From Escherichia phage EI-SP-GF: 64,000 nt of DNA. The translations under genes and the position numbers were made by a program. The notes under the pieces are model-generated. The model was not told the DNA's origin, searched no databases, and worked only from the letters and a program-made list of their open reading frames with translations. This document shows, in pieces, positions 1 through 8,931 of the stretch; within the stretch, counting starts at the first letter, position 1; each line of letters begins with the position of its first letter. The stretch lies in sequence record OR992645.1; one strand, given 5' to 3'.

Positions 1-92
1 GACATGCAGCTGCCTGAAAATGGCGGGGCAAGACTAGCGACCTTGCCCGAACATGAACGACACAATTCGAATGGGAGCAGATAGACTATCTG

Positions 93-1181
93 ATGTCTCG
101 TCTGCGATCTCAGTCAAAGTATCCATCAAGAATGGTTATCAGCTGTAACCCCGATTCAGAACACATGCTTGCCAAACTGGTTAGATGGTGGTTGGACGAT
201 GAAGGGTATCCAGATCCGGAGAAATGCGGTAAGAAAAGATATTTTATCCGACGCGACGGTGAATTTATCTGGGGAGACTCTAAAGAAGAGTTGATAGAGA
301 AATACACCACGGTTAACGGACTTGGCGTAGAGATCAAGCCAAGACCGTTGTCATTCTCGTTCATAGGCGCAACAATATTCGATAATCCTGTCTGTTTGAG
401 AGACAACCCAGAATACCTTGCTTTCCTCGAAGGTCTACCAGAGCTGGAAAAAGCTCAGCTTCTCCATGGTAACTGGTTTGCAAAGCCTGAGGGTGCAAAC
501 TATTTTCAAAGATCTTTCCTTCGTGATGCCGATAGAGTACCTCTTGGGTCAGTATCTTGCAGGGCATGGGATAAGGCAGGAACCGAGAGAACTTCCGGTA
601 ATAAATTTCCTGACTTTACTGCCAGTATTAAGGTAAGTAAAGATAGCGACGGCTTTTATTACCTGTCCGGTGATTATTGTCCTGAGAACGTGGATGACGG
701 GAGGTATTCCACAGGTCTGGAAGGCAAGTTCTGTAAAAAGGCTGGTGAACGAGATGTGATCATCAGGAAACAGGCGCAGTTCGATGGTGATGATTGCATA
801 ATCGTCTTCTCTGTGGACCCAGGGCAGGCAGGTAAGAGTGAGTTCTTAACCTCCTCCAGATCCTTGCTTGCCGAAGGGTTCAGGGTTGAAGAAGACCCAA
901 TGCCTTCCAACAAGTCTAAACTGACAAGGTTCTCACCTTTTGCCAATCTTGCCCAACAAGGAATGGTGAGGATTGTAAAATCCAGTTTCCATCCTGATAC
1001 TCTGGAAGCATTTCTGACTGAACTTGAAAAATTCAACGGGGAAAGATCAACATTTAACAGAAAAGACGACTGGGCCGACTGTGTAGCTTCTGCGATTAAT
1101 TTCCTAGAGAAAGAGGAGGTAGCACTTCCTTGTGTGATTCCATCAATCTCATCACCTTCTATGTTCAAGCGTTTTATCTAA
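93..1181 (+). CDS. terminase large subunit, C-terminal (nuclease-domain) portion; ATPase N-terminus not contained in this ORF
   Basis: 362-aa ORF directly upstream of the portal gene; product has no Walker A motif; a frame-1 ORF entering from the window start stops at 82-84 while this frame opens at 57, so the gene looks split or frameshifted. Confidence 0.5.
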   Translation: MSRLRSQSKYPSRMVISCNPDSEHMLAKLVRWWLDDEGYPDPEKCGKKRYFIRRDGEFIWGDSKEELIEKYTTVNGLGVEIKPRPLSFSFIGATIFDNPVCLRDNPEYLAFLEGLPELEKAQLLHGNWFAKPEGANYFQRSFLRDADRVPLGSVSCRAWDKAGTERTSGNKFPDFTASIKVSKDSDGFYYLSGDYCPENVDDGRYSTGLEGKFCKKAGERDVIIRKQAQFDGDDCIIVFSVDPGQAGKSEFLTSSRSLLAEGFRVEEDPMPSNKSKLTRFSPFANLAQQGMVRIVKSSFHPDTLEAFLTELEKFNGERSTFNRKDDWADCVASAINFLEKEEVALPCVIPSISSPSMFKRFI

Positions 1182-1184
1182 GTG

Positions 1185-1213
1185 TTGCCAATCTTAATTA
1201 GATGTGGTACAAT
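1185..1213 (+). promoter_or_regulatory. sigma70-like promoter (TTGCCA-N17-TACAAT, TGn extended -10) upstream of portal gene
   Basis: -35 ttgcca 1185-1190, 17-nt spacer ending tgg, -10 tacaat 1208-1213; member of a motif repeated 7 times in the structural block. Confidence 0.4.
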
Positions 1214-1231
1214 AAAGTAATTGGAGATACT

Positions 1232-1257
1232 AGCCCTCTGACGAGGGCTATTTTGTT
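1232..1257 (+). terminator. hairpin plus T-tract after terminase gene (lies in portal 5' leader)
   Basis: agccctc-tgac-gagggct stem-loop followed by attttgtt. Confidence 0.45.
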
Positions 1258-1281
1258 ATACTGTTTTGAGGGGTAAAGCTT

Positions 1282-2838
1282 GTGTCCAAAAAGAACCGCA
1301 GGAAACACAACGCCACAGCCAAAACTGTGAATAAATCTGGGAACGCAGGCGCACCAACTCATAATGTTCGTATGAGTGAGATCGGTTCTGGCGCACTTTC
1401 CCAAATTATGGCAGAATCGCAATCTATGATGGTTGAGGAATTGCGTTGGCCTCAGCTGATTGCCACAGTGGAGACTATGAAATGTGATTCCACAGTTGCT
1501 ACTGCCTTAGATACAAAATATGTTTTCATCACGAAAGCATTCAATGATTTTAAGATCCTTTATAATGTTAAAAGTGAAGACTCTAAGAAAGCTGCCGAGC
1601 TTATAGAGTATTCTTTGCGTAATTTGGCAAACCAACAAACTCTTCGAGATATTGCAAGAAGCGCAGCTACCTTTAACGAGTATGGTTTTTCACTGTTTGA
1701 GAAAGTATACCGCAGAGAGAAAGAAGGTAAATATGCCGGGATGCTTCTTATCGATAAAATTGCATTCCGACCTCAGGCCAGCCTGTCCAGATCAGAGCCG
1801 TTTGTTTTTGATAAGAATAGCAGAACACTGACAGGTATTTATCAGTCACCTAATGCATTTCTAAACACTCAGAATGCACGCTGGGCTGGACCTCTTGCTG
1901 CAATGCCTTCAAAAGGCTTTAATGAGCCTGAAATTTTCATCCCTGCTAAAAAGCTTATGCTCATGACCCTGTCAGGAACAGAATCTAACCCTGCAGGTGT
2001 GTCACCTATGATAGGTTGCTACAGATCTTTCCGTGAGAAAGTTCTGATTGAAAACCTTGAGGTTGTTGGCTGTTCCAAAGACCTTGGTGGTGTGCTTGAG
2101 CTGAAAATTCCTTCCAATATTTTGAACAAGGCCAGCATTGACCCGAATTCAATGGAAGGGAGAATGGTTGCAGACCTTATGCTTGACGCAGCAAACGCCC
2201 ATAGTGGTGAGCAAAGTTTCTTTATACTTCCGTCTGATAGAGATAAGTCTGGTAAAGAGCTTTACTCCATGACCCTGAAGGGGGTTGACGGTATGGGTAA
2301 GCAGTATTCCACTAAAGATTTGATTGATGCCCGTAAAAAGGCGATTCTTGACCGTTTCGGTGCTGGCTTTATTAACCTAGGTAACGATAACGTTGGATCC
2401 TTCTCTCTGTCTGAGTCAAAACAGTCTATCCATGGTCATTTTGTTCAGCGTGATATAGATATTATCACTGAGGCCTTCAATAAGGATCTTATTCCACAGC
2501 TTCTGGCATTGAATGGTATCATCCTTGAAGATGATGATATGCCTAAACTGAAACCTGGTCTGATTGAAGAAGTGGATATGGAGAGCTTCTCCAAGTTTGT
2601 CCAGAGGATCGGTGCTGTAGGTTACTTGCCAAAAACTCCTGCAGTAATTAATAAGATTCTTGAAGTAGGCGGGTTTGATGAAAGATTTGACGAGGACATG
2701 GATCAGGAAGAGCTGATGAAGCTCTTGGGCCAGGACATCAGTAGAGCTGGTGATGGAATGGCTGCAGGATCCACTGGCAACGGTACTTCTAAGATATCAT
2801 CAACCAGAGATAATTCCATATCCAACATGGAAAATTAA
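1282..2838 (+). CDS. portal protein
   Basis: 518-aa ORF, GTG start with gagggg RBS; size and position between terminase and scaffold/capsid genes. Confidence 0.6.
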   Translation: MSKKNRRKHNATAKTVNKSGNAGAPTHNVRMSEIGSGALSQIMAESQSMMVEELRWPQLIATVETMKCDSTVATALDTKYVFITKAFNDFKILYNVKSEDSKKAAELIEYSLRNLANQQTLRDIARSAATFNEYGFSLFEKVYRREKEGKYAGMLLIDKIAFRPQASLSRSEPFVFDKNSRTLTGIYQSPNAFLNTQNARWAGPLAAMPSKGFNEPEIFIPAKKLMLMTLSGTESNPAGVSPMIGCYRSFREKVLIENLEVVGCSKDLGGVLELKIPSNILNKASIDPNSMEGRMVADLMLDAANAHSGEQSFFILPSDRDKSGKELYSMTLKGVDGMGKQYSTKDLIDARKKAILDRFGAGFINLGNDNVGSFSLSESKQSIHGHFVQRDIDIITEAFNKDLIPQLLALNGIILEDDDMPKLKPGLIEEVDMESFSKFVQRIGAVGYLPKTPAVINKILEVGGFDERFDEDMDQEELMKLLGQDISRAGDGMAAGSTGNGTSKISSTRDNSISNMEN

Positions 2839-2905
2839 AAATTATCAACACAGGGGGTTGCAAAACCTCCTTTGGCGTGATAAAATAATCCACATGGGGA
2901 ATAAG

Positions 2906-3325
2906 ATGCCACAGGAAGAAATGATTTCCTACGAAATCATCTACGAGCCTGACACTAAAGATGCTCACGGTGAGTGGATGAGTAAAGACACCATCAAAAA
3001 GGCTAAAGATAACTGGGACGCAGCATACGCTGCAGGCCTAGTTTCTGAAAACCTTTTCCACTTGACCTCTACAGATGCTTTCACTATTGAAAAGACGTGG
3101 ATTCAAGAAGAGTTTGATGTTGTAGTAATTGGCACTGAGCAGGTCATCAAGGCTGGCTCTTGGGTTGCTAAAGTTAAATACAATAATCCTGAATTATGGG
3201 AAGCTAAGAAGGCTGGCATTGTTGGTGGCCTAAGCATTCAGGCAACAGGTAATGTTGATGAAGAAACTGGTGAAATTACCAACGTAAACTTCGGGATCAG
3301 TGTTGTAGAAGAGGGCAATGAATAA
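2906..3325 (+). CDS. head morphogenesis protein (possible prohead protease or scaffold-associated, XkdF-like guess)
   Basis: ORF in track begins 2750 but overlaps portal; in-frame ATG at 2906 (or 2894) after portal stop with GGGGA RBS; function inferred from position only. Confidence 0.35.
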   Translation: MPQEEMISYEIIYEPDTKDAHGEWMSKDTIKKAKDNWDAAYAAGLVSENLFHLTSTDAFTIEKTWIQEEFDVVVIGTEQVIKAGSWVAKVKYNNPELWEAKKAGIVGGLSIQATGNVDEETGEITNVNFGISVVEEGNE

Positions 3326-4302
3326 TGTCTGAAAAAACGATTACTATTAAAGAGAAGGGGATTGCCCTGTGCCATAAGGCGCAAGGCTATAGCGCTAACA
3401 ACAGACCTGTATCTCTTTTGATGAAGAGTGATCTTAAGCCTGAGCAGTTAACAGACGATATTGTTAAGGCACTTCGCCAAGTTACTGTGGAGCTTAGTTT
3501 TGAAGAATACCTGCGTCGTTTCTTCGATATGTGGTATGATGATGCTAAAGCACTTGCACACATGCTTGGTTTTGAGATTGAAGAGGAGGCTTGGGCTAAA
3601 GAGCATCCCGATTGGGAATGGGCGCAAGCTGACGCAGAGTCTTGTATTGCATGGCTGGAAGAGCGTTGTGATAACGTGACCATTCATAAGGCTGCAAAAG
3701 AAGGCAAGCAGCTTAGTGTGGTAGATCAGTACAGCCTGTTAAAAACACAACAGATTTTTGAACAAGTAACCGCTGATCTCTTCGATAAAGAAGGGAACCT
3801 GATCAAGGCGGTACAGGAACCTACTGAGGTAGATAAAACTACCGAGGTGGATGATGTTGCAAAATCCGCAAATACCGAGGAGAATCCGGTGGACGTAACC
3901 AAAACTAAAGAGTATCTGGATCTGCTGAAGCAAGTAGAAGAGCTGAAAGCAACCCAGAGTAAAGCTGAAGAGATCATCAAGGCCCAGGTTGAAGTTGAAA
4001 AAGCTAAAATGCTGACTAAGGCTCAAGCTTTAAGCTTTGTTGGTGAAGAAGATCACGCAACCCTGGTTGACTTCATGCTGGAAAAAGCTAACGAACCTAT
4101 CGTAGCTATGCTGGAGAAAGCTCAAGCAAAAATTGAAGAGCTGGAAGCAGAGGTGCATAAAACTAAAGAAGAGTTTGCCACCACTGAACATGGTAATGAT
4201 GGCGAACCTGTTGTGGATGATATTGCAAAATCCGCAGAAGAAATTCTTGCTGAAAACGTTGCAAAAGCACTTGCTCGTGCACGTGCAGAATCTAACAAAT
4301 AA
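3325..4302 (+). CDS. scaffolding protein
   Basis: 325 aa, very acidic and coiled-coil rich (EELKATQSKAEEIIKAQVEVEKAK...), located immediately upstream of capsid genes, start overlaps previous stop (TAATG). Confidence 0.55.
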   Translation: MSEKTITIKEKGIALCHKAQGYSANNRPVSLLMKSDLKPEQLTDDIVKALRQVTVELSFEEYLRRFFDMWYDDAKALAHMLGFEIEEEAWAKEHPDWEWAQADAESCIAWLEERCDNVTIHKAAKEGKQLSVVDQYSLLKTQQIFEQVTADLFDKEGNLIKAVQEPTEVDKTTEVDDVAKSANTEENPVDVTKTKEYLDLLKQVEELKATQSKAEEIIKAQVEVEKAKMLTKAQALSFVGEEDHATLVDFMLEKANEPIVAMLEKAQAKIEELEAEVHKTKEEFATTEHGNDGEPVVDDIAKSAEEILAENVAKALARARAESNK

Positions 4303-4322
4303 GACATTAACGGGGGAAATAA

Positions 4323-4712
4323 ATGATTACCGCTCAATATTCTGATATCGTGCTCGGCAAAGTTGATTCTAGCGATGCTGGCTACAATTTTAAAGAGATG
4401 GAAATTACACTGACAGAGCACCATCATGCTGGTACTGTTGTAACAAAAACTGGCACTATCGCTAACGATGATGGCTCAGATGTTTATGGTGTTCTTGTAG
4501 ACCGAGCTCTGGTAAAAGATGCAGGAAAAGTTCATCTTGCTGAGCCTCTGCAAACAGGTCAGAAATATAAACTGGTTGTTGCAGTTCACGGTGTTACCTT
4601 TGCAAAAGATAAGCTGCTGGGGTCTAACGGTGAAGCAGCTAAGCAGGCTGTCCTTGAAAAGCTGGAAGCTCTGGGTAACAAAGTCCACGTCCAGACTCTT
4701 GGTGAAGAGTAA
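4323..4712 (+). CDS. small capsid accessory protein (possible decoration protein)
   Basis: 129-aa ORF with GGGGGA RBS between scaffold and major capsid genes; assignment positional. Confidence 0.3.
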   Translation: MITAQYSDIVLGKVDSSDAGYNFKEMEITLTEHHHAGTVVTKTGTIANDDGSDVYGVLVDRALVKDAGKVHLAEPLQTGQKYKLVVAVHGVTFAKDKLLGSNGEAAKQAVLEKLEALGNKVHVQTLGEE

Positions 4713-4759
4713 GCCCTAAATTGTTCGGGAAATATTTAAGTTTTACTTTGGAGAAATAA

Positions 4760-5767
4760 ATGATTACTCGTAAAGATGAATTTGGCATTGTTGATTTAGG
4801 TGCTACTCTGGAACTTGTTCCGCGCCAATTCCGACTGATTACTGGTATGGATCTGTTCGAAACCCGTCTCGGCACCTCAACGATTGCTCAGATCGAGCGT
4901 GTTGATGAAGTTGTAACCGACATTCCGGCACGCCGTCGTGGTGGTGAGCGTAACTACGTTGGTAGTGAACGTGCCCAGGTTAAAAACCTGAACATCCCGT
5001 TCTTCCCTCTGGACAAAGGCATCACTGCCGCAGATGTTCAGAACTTCCGTCGTTACTTCACCCCTGATGCTCCGAAAACTGTTCAGGACGTAGTAACCCG
5101 CGTTGTTCGCCGTATCCGTGTTTCTCATGAAGCACTGCGTGAGAAAGCACTGTTCCAGGCTATTCTGGGTAAATCCTATGCACCTGGTGACACCACCTGT
5201 CAGTATGACTACTACACTCTGTGGGGTGTGTCTCAGAAGTCTGTTGAGATCGACCCTGCAAAAGCAGATCAGGATCCTATGGAGGTTCTGGAAGAAGCTC
5301 GTCTGCACATCGCACTGCAAGCTGGTGATAACGCAGCTGGCTATCGTATTGTAGCTCTGTGCTCACCAGAGTTCTTCAGTGCTATTACCCATCACCCGCT
5401 GGTAGAACTGGCATACACCTATTACGGCTCTGCTCAGGAACCTCTGCGTCGCCGTCTGGGTGCTGGCGGTCAAGACAGCGTATACCGTGTGTTTGAACAT
5501 AAAGGTATCACCTTTATCGAAGATATTTCTGGCAATATTCCTAAGAAAGAGGCTCGCATCCTGCCGATGGGTATTGATCAGATGTTCCAGCTGCACTTTG
5601 CTCCGGCAGACGATGTTAACGAAGCAAACACTCCAGCACAGGAACTGTACATGTGGTACAAACACTCTGCATACCTGCGTGAAGAGAAGATTGAATCTGA
5701 AACTTCCATGCTGGCAGTTAACACCCGTCCAGAGCTGGTTGTTAAAGCAACTCTGAAAGGTGAATAA
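4760..5767 (+). CDS. major capsid protein
   Basis: 335-aa ORF after scaffold, strong RBS, strongly biased codon usage (CGT/CTG/GGT/AAA rich) typical of highly expressed genes, followed by strong terminator. Confidence 0.65.
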   Translation: MITRKDEFGIVDLGATLELVPRQFRLITGMDLFETRLGTSTIAQIERVDEVVTDIPARRRGGERNYVGSERAQVKNLNIPFFPLDKGITAADVQNFRRYFTPDAPKTVQDVVTRVVRRIRVSHEALREKALFQAILGKSYAPGDTTCQYDYYTLWGVSQKSVEIDPAKADQDPMEVLEEARLHIALQAGDNAAGYRIVALCSPEFFSAITHHPLVELAYTYYGSAQEPLRRRLGAGGQDSVYRVFEHKGITFIEDISGNIPKKEARILPMGIDQMFQLHFAPADDVNEANTPAQELYMWYKHSAYLREEKIESETSMLAVNTRPELVVKATLKGE

Positions 5768-5791
5768 TCACTAAGGTGATTCATCCCATAT

Positions 5792-5824
5792 GGGGAGGGG
5801 GTTCTCCCCCTCCCCTTTTTATTT
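5792..5824 (+). terminator. rho-independent terminator after major capsid gene
   Basis: ggggaggggg-ttct-ccccctcccc perfect 10-bp stem followed by tttttattt. Confidence 0.75.
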
Positions 5825-5848
5825 ATTAGGGTTTAACAGGAGTGTCCC

Positions 5849-6676
5849 GTGAATAGAGCCGTGTATCCAGTCGAGTATGATCCTCTATTAAGAGTTTTCA
5901 ACAATCAGTTAAGTTTTTATCAATTTTTAGCACAATACAATCCAGAAATCAATGTTGGTTTATCAGCCCTACTGCCACCAACAGAATTCGTTATTGGCAG
6001 TGTCCACTATCCGTGCAGAACGATTGTAGACTTCTTCGAGAAGATTGCAAAACACACAGGCCTGCCAATTGATACTGGTATTTCAACTATCCGTATGGGT
6101 GTTATTCTTCTGTTCTTCACAGAGAACCTTGATGAAAGCACTTTAACACTGCAAAGCGGTGATGTCAATATCACACTCACCCCGTCAGTGTTTAAAGAGG
6201 TAGATGCGGCTTTCCAAGTTTCCGTGGCAGAGGGCCATCTATGGGACCCTGTAGGGATGCCTAAAAAAGTGACCATAAACGATGAGCAATGCAACATTGT
6301 TTATGAAGAAGATACCCAAACTTTCACCATTGAGTGGCCTAAGAAACGTTCTCAGGTTGTAAATCTTGGACTGGTGTCTACGATAGCTCCACCGCCTGAA
6401 CCAGAGCCGGAGCCGCCTGTAGGTCCTACTGAACCTGGTGGTGACGGTGAAGTTACTGTAGCAGATCCGCAAGATGTGACTGTATCCTCTTCCTCATTTG
6501 TAGCCGTTGAGAATAAGGATGAAATCCTTAAACAGGCCGCAGCTCTTAACAACGAAGATGACAAAAGTGGTTCAAAAGATGCACTCCAAACCTTCGCTAA
6601 AGAGTACGGTGTTACCTTAAGTAAGGCAAAAACTTTCCAAAATATGATGAAAGATTTTGAGGCTGCACTGGCATAA
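5849..6676 (+). CDS. hypothetical virion protein with Pro/Glu-rich linker
   Basis: 275-aa ORF, GTG start with AGGAG RBS; contains PPPEPEPEPPVGPTEPGGDGE linker. Confidence 0.5.
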   Translation: MNRAVYPVEYDPLLRVFNNQLSFYQFLAQYNPEINVGLSALLPPTEFVIGSVHYPCRTIVDFFEKIAKHTGLPIDTGISTIRMGVILLFFTENLDESTLTLQSGDVNITLTPSVFKEVDAAFQVSVAEGHLWDPVGMPKKVTINDEQCNIVYEEDTQTFTIEWPKKRSQVVNLGLVSTIAPPPEPEPEPPVGPTEPGGDGEVTVADPQDVTVSSSSFVAVENKDEILKQAAALNNEDDKSGSKDALQTFAKEYGVTLSKAKTFQNMMKDFEAALA

Positions 6677-6685
6677 TTTTGTTAA

Positions 6686-6720
6686 GGCCCCTTCCAAATC
6701 AGGAATGGGGCTTTATTTTT
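6686..6720 (+). terminator. weak hairpin plus T-tract
   Basis: ccccttcc-aaatca-ggaatgggg followed by ctttattttt. Confidence 0.35.
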
Positions 6721-6735
6721 ACGAGGTATTTTCAA

Positions 6736-7356
6736 ATGGCATGGTATGAAGATGAAGAGATTATCCCGTCACCGCCTAACCATGATGGTGTAGTCGATAC
6801 CCCAGAAGAACCACCAAAAGAAGATCCTGTGCCTCCGGAACCTGATCCAGACCAACCTCTTATTGATATTATGAGGTTATTGCTTGGCAATGTTGATGAG
6901 GAAACTCTCCCTGATGAGGTAATTAAAACATTCCTTGACATGGAGAAGTTGAAACTAAATTATCCGGCAGATCCTGATAAGCTACCTCTGCTTAAGTACA
7001 ATGTGCTTGTGCAACTTGTGCGGTGGCTGATGATGCAGGAAGTGTCCAGTGGTAATGCAAGTATAACTTCCCGTCTGGAAAAAATAGGTGATGAGACCAT
7101 AGAGATTCGTGGTGGATCTTCCTACGCCCAATGGAAGGATTTTCTTGATTGGCTGCTGGCACACCCAGACTATGTAGATTCTGAGTTAGATGCTTACAGC
7201 AGAATGATTATCATTGGTGGTGTTCGTGTAGACGAAGGAATTCGGGTTAAATTTAATGAAAACAGCAACGGACCGTTCGATGTCCAGGGGATTACACCTA
7301 TTAGTGGTCTAAATAATCAACCTCCTCGCCACCCAAGACGCAAACGCAGTTTTTAA
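6736..7356 (+). CDS. hypothetical structural protein (head-tail region)
   Basis: ORF frame opens 6679 but first 57 nt contain the terminator hairpin; in-frame ATG at 6736 (MAWYEDEE...) chosen. Confidence 0.45.
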   Translation: MAWYEDEEIIPSPPNHDGVVDTPEEPPKEDPVPPEPDPDQPLIDIMRLLLGNVDEETLPDEVIKTFLDMEKLKLNYPADPDKLPLLKYNVLVQLVRWLMMQEVSSGNASITSRLEKIGDETIEIRGGSSYAQWKDFLDWLLAHPDYVDSELDAYSRMIIIGGVRVDEGIRVKFNENSNGPFDVQGITPISGLNNQPPRHPRRKRSF

Positions 7357-7362
7357 AAATTG

Positions 7363-7391
7363 TTGCTTTTGATGTATCTTTGTGGTAAAAT
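7363..7391 (+). promoter_or_regulatory. sigma70-like promoter TTGCTT-N17-TAAAAT with TGn extended -10
   Basis: ttgctt 7363-7368, 17-nt spacer ending tgg, taaaat 7386-7391; RBS gaggaa and ATG 7410 follow. Confidence 0.45.
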
Positions 7392-7409
7392 ACATTAGTG
7401 AGGAATATA

Positions 7410-7868
7410 ATGCTAAAGGTTAAATGTCAAACAAGGTTCAACCTAAAGCGTTTAGATCGCTTTTATAAAGACCTTGTGAAACTTGAAAGCAAAACAATAA
7501 CCTACGGCTTTTATGATGAACCTCACCCGTCAGGCTTAAATATGGCAACATTGGCAGCTATTCACAACTTCGGTTGGAACGGGCTGCCTGTTCGCAATTT
7601 CATGGAGACGGCCTTTGCATTTCACAGCACGCAACTACAGACCTTGACAGAAAAATTGTTGAGAGCTATGGCTAGAGGATCAAGTGCAGAGGCTGTTCTT
7701 AGACAGATGGGGGACACAGGGGCCAAAGCTATCCAGTTTGTTATTGAGGCTGGTCAGTTTAGTAACCCTACTGTTAGTGAGCAGTGGGCACAAGAGAAGG
7801 GCTTCAACGAGGCTATGCGGCATTACGATGTGCTGCTTGAATCTGCAACCTTTAAAATTGGACAGTAA
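7410..7868 (+). CDS. head-tail joining / neck protein (hypothetical)
   Basis: ORF in track starts GTG 7398; ATG 7410 has better RBS spacing; position between head and tail genes. Confidence 0.45.
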   Translation: MLKVKCQTRFNLKRLDRFYKDLVKLESKTITYGFYDEPHPSGLNMATLAAIHNFGWNGLPVRNFMETAFAFHSTQLQTLTEKLLRAMARGSSAEAVLRQMGDTGAKAIQFVIEAGQFSNPTVSEQWAQEKGFNEAMRHYDVLLESATFKIGQ

Positions 7869-7882
7869 AATAAGGGGGTTGA

Positions 7883-8308
7883 GTGGCAGCAGGTTATAAG
7901 CTGATAGGAAAGAACAGGCTAATACCTCGTAAAACATTCAAAGGTCGCCACAGAGTGTATAACAAAACAGTTGGTGGTCCTTTTGCTAACGAGGGGTTAG
8001 AACTTGAGTATGAAGAGTTTGATGTCTTAGAGTGTGTTGTGCAGCCGTTGACAGGAAGGGCAGCTAAAGATTACTCCTCTCAAATAAATCCTGAGGGTGA
8101 CAGACAGTACGAGGCTTTTACAGTTTACTCCTCAACCAAGTTGTATAGTCCAGACGAAGGAACATATGCAATGGCTGATCAAATTCAACTGCCTGACATC
8201 CGTGGTGACCTGAAGTGGTTTACCGTTTTAAAATGTGATGCTTATGTCACGTCTGGTGGTGGAAGATATAGATTTTTTGTGGTAGAAGAGCCTGAAGGAG
8301 AAAACTGA
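7883..8308 (+). CDS. head-tail joining protein (hypothetical)
   Basis: 141-aa ORF, GTG start with AAGGGGG RBS. Confidence 0.45.
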   Translation: MAAGYKLIGKNRLIPRKTFKGRHRVYNKTVGGPFANEGLELEYEEFDVLECVVQPLTGRAAKDYSSQINPEGDRQYEAFTVYSSTKLYSPDEGTYAMADQIQLPDIRGDLKWFTVLKCDAYVTSGGGRYRFFVVEEPEGEN

Positions 8309-8859
8309 TGGAAGCTTTCGAAAAAGTTTTTTCTGATCTTGAAACAACCATCGCTAAGCTTGTCAAGGTTGCCACAGGAAGAACTGTAGTTCTGGCAGAA
8401 AGCTCTACCATACCGAAGCCGGAAGGTGAGTTTGTACTTTTGCAAACCCTGGCGATCAATCCCACCACTTGGGAAGATAATGAGTTTCAAGATGCGGAGG
8501 GTAATGCTTACGTCACCCACAGTTATACTGTTACTTATCTGTTAACAGCTTATCGCGGCAGGGCATATGCTGCACTTAGCAGAGTATTGCAAGCAATAAA
8601 CCTTCCAATGTTTTATGACAAGTATTTCCCTCTGGGATCGTGCTTTGCCTACTCTAACAATTCAACAATTTCACCTCAAAGGGTGCCGTTGAATAAGCAG
8701 ACGTATGAAAATAGAGCCACCGTAATGCTGACATTTAACGTAAGGTTTGTTGAGACAGACATTGGGGCTTTTGAGGATCTTCAGGGAATTAAGGCTGAAA
8801 TAACCACACACTTCCCTTCACCCAATTCTGGTAAAGCGGTTACAGACAGTGGTCAGTAA
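8308..8859 (+). CDS. tail completion / neck protein (hypothetical)
   Basis: 183-aa ORF, start overlaps previous stop (TGATGG), immediately upstream of sheath-like gene. Confidence 0.45.
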   Translation: MEAFEKVFSDLETTIAKLVKVATGRTVVLAESSTIPKPEGEFVLLQTLAINPTTWEDNEFQDAEGNAYVTHSYTVTYLLTAYRGRAYAALSRVLQAINLPMFYDKYFPLGSCFAYSNNSTISPQRVPLNKQTYENRATVMLTFNVRFVETDIGAFEDLQGIKAEITTHFPSPNSGKAVTDSGQ

Positions 8860-8874
8860 TCGTTATAATTGTGT

Positions 8875-8891
8875 AGTGTAATGATTACACT
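8875..8891 (+). promoter_or_regulatory. perfect 8-bp inverted repeat AGTGTAAT-g-ATTACACT downstream of a TATAAT box (8864-8869)
   Basis: palindrome read directly in the intergenic region before the sheath-like gene; candidate operator or RNA hairpin. Confidence 0.3.
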
Positions 8892-8931
8892 GCGTGTTTG
8901 ATATCCGTGCACAGATATTAAGAGGAAACAA

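Noticed and set aside
2750-2905. N-terminal extension of the 191-aa ORF overlapping the portal gene 3' end
   Set aside because: Overlap with portal coding sequence and lack of RBS; in-frame ATGs at 2894/2906 after the portal stop are more plausible starts.
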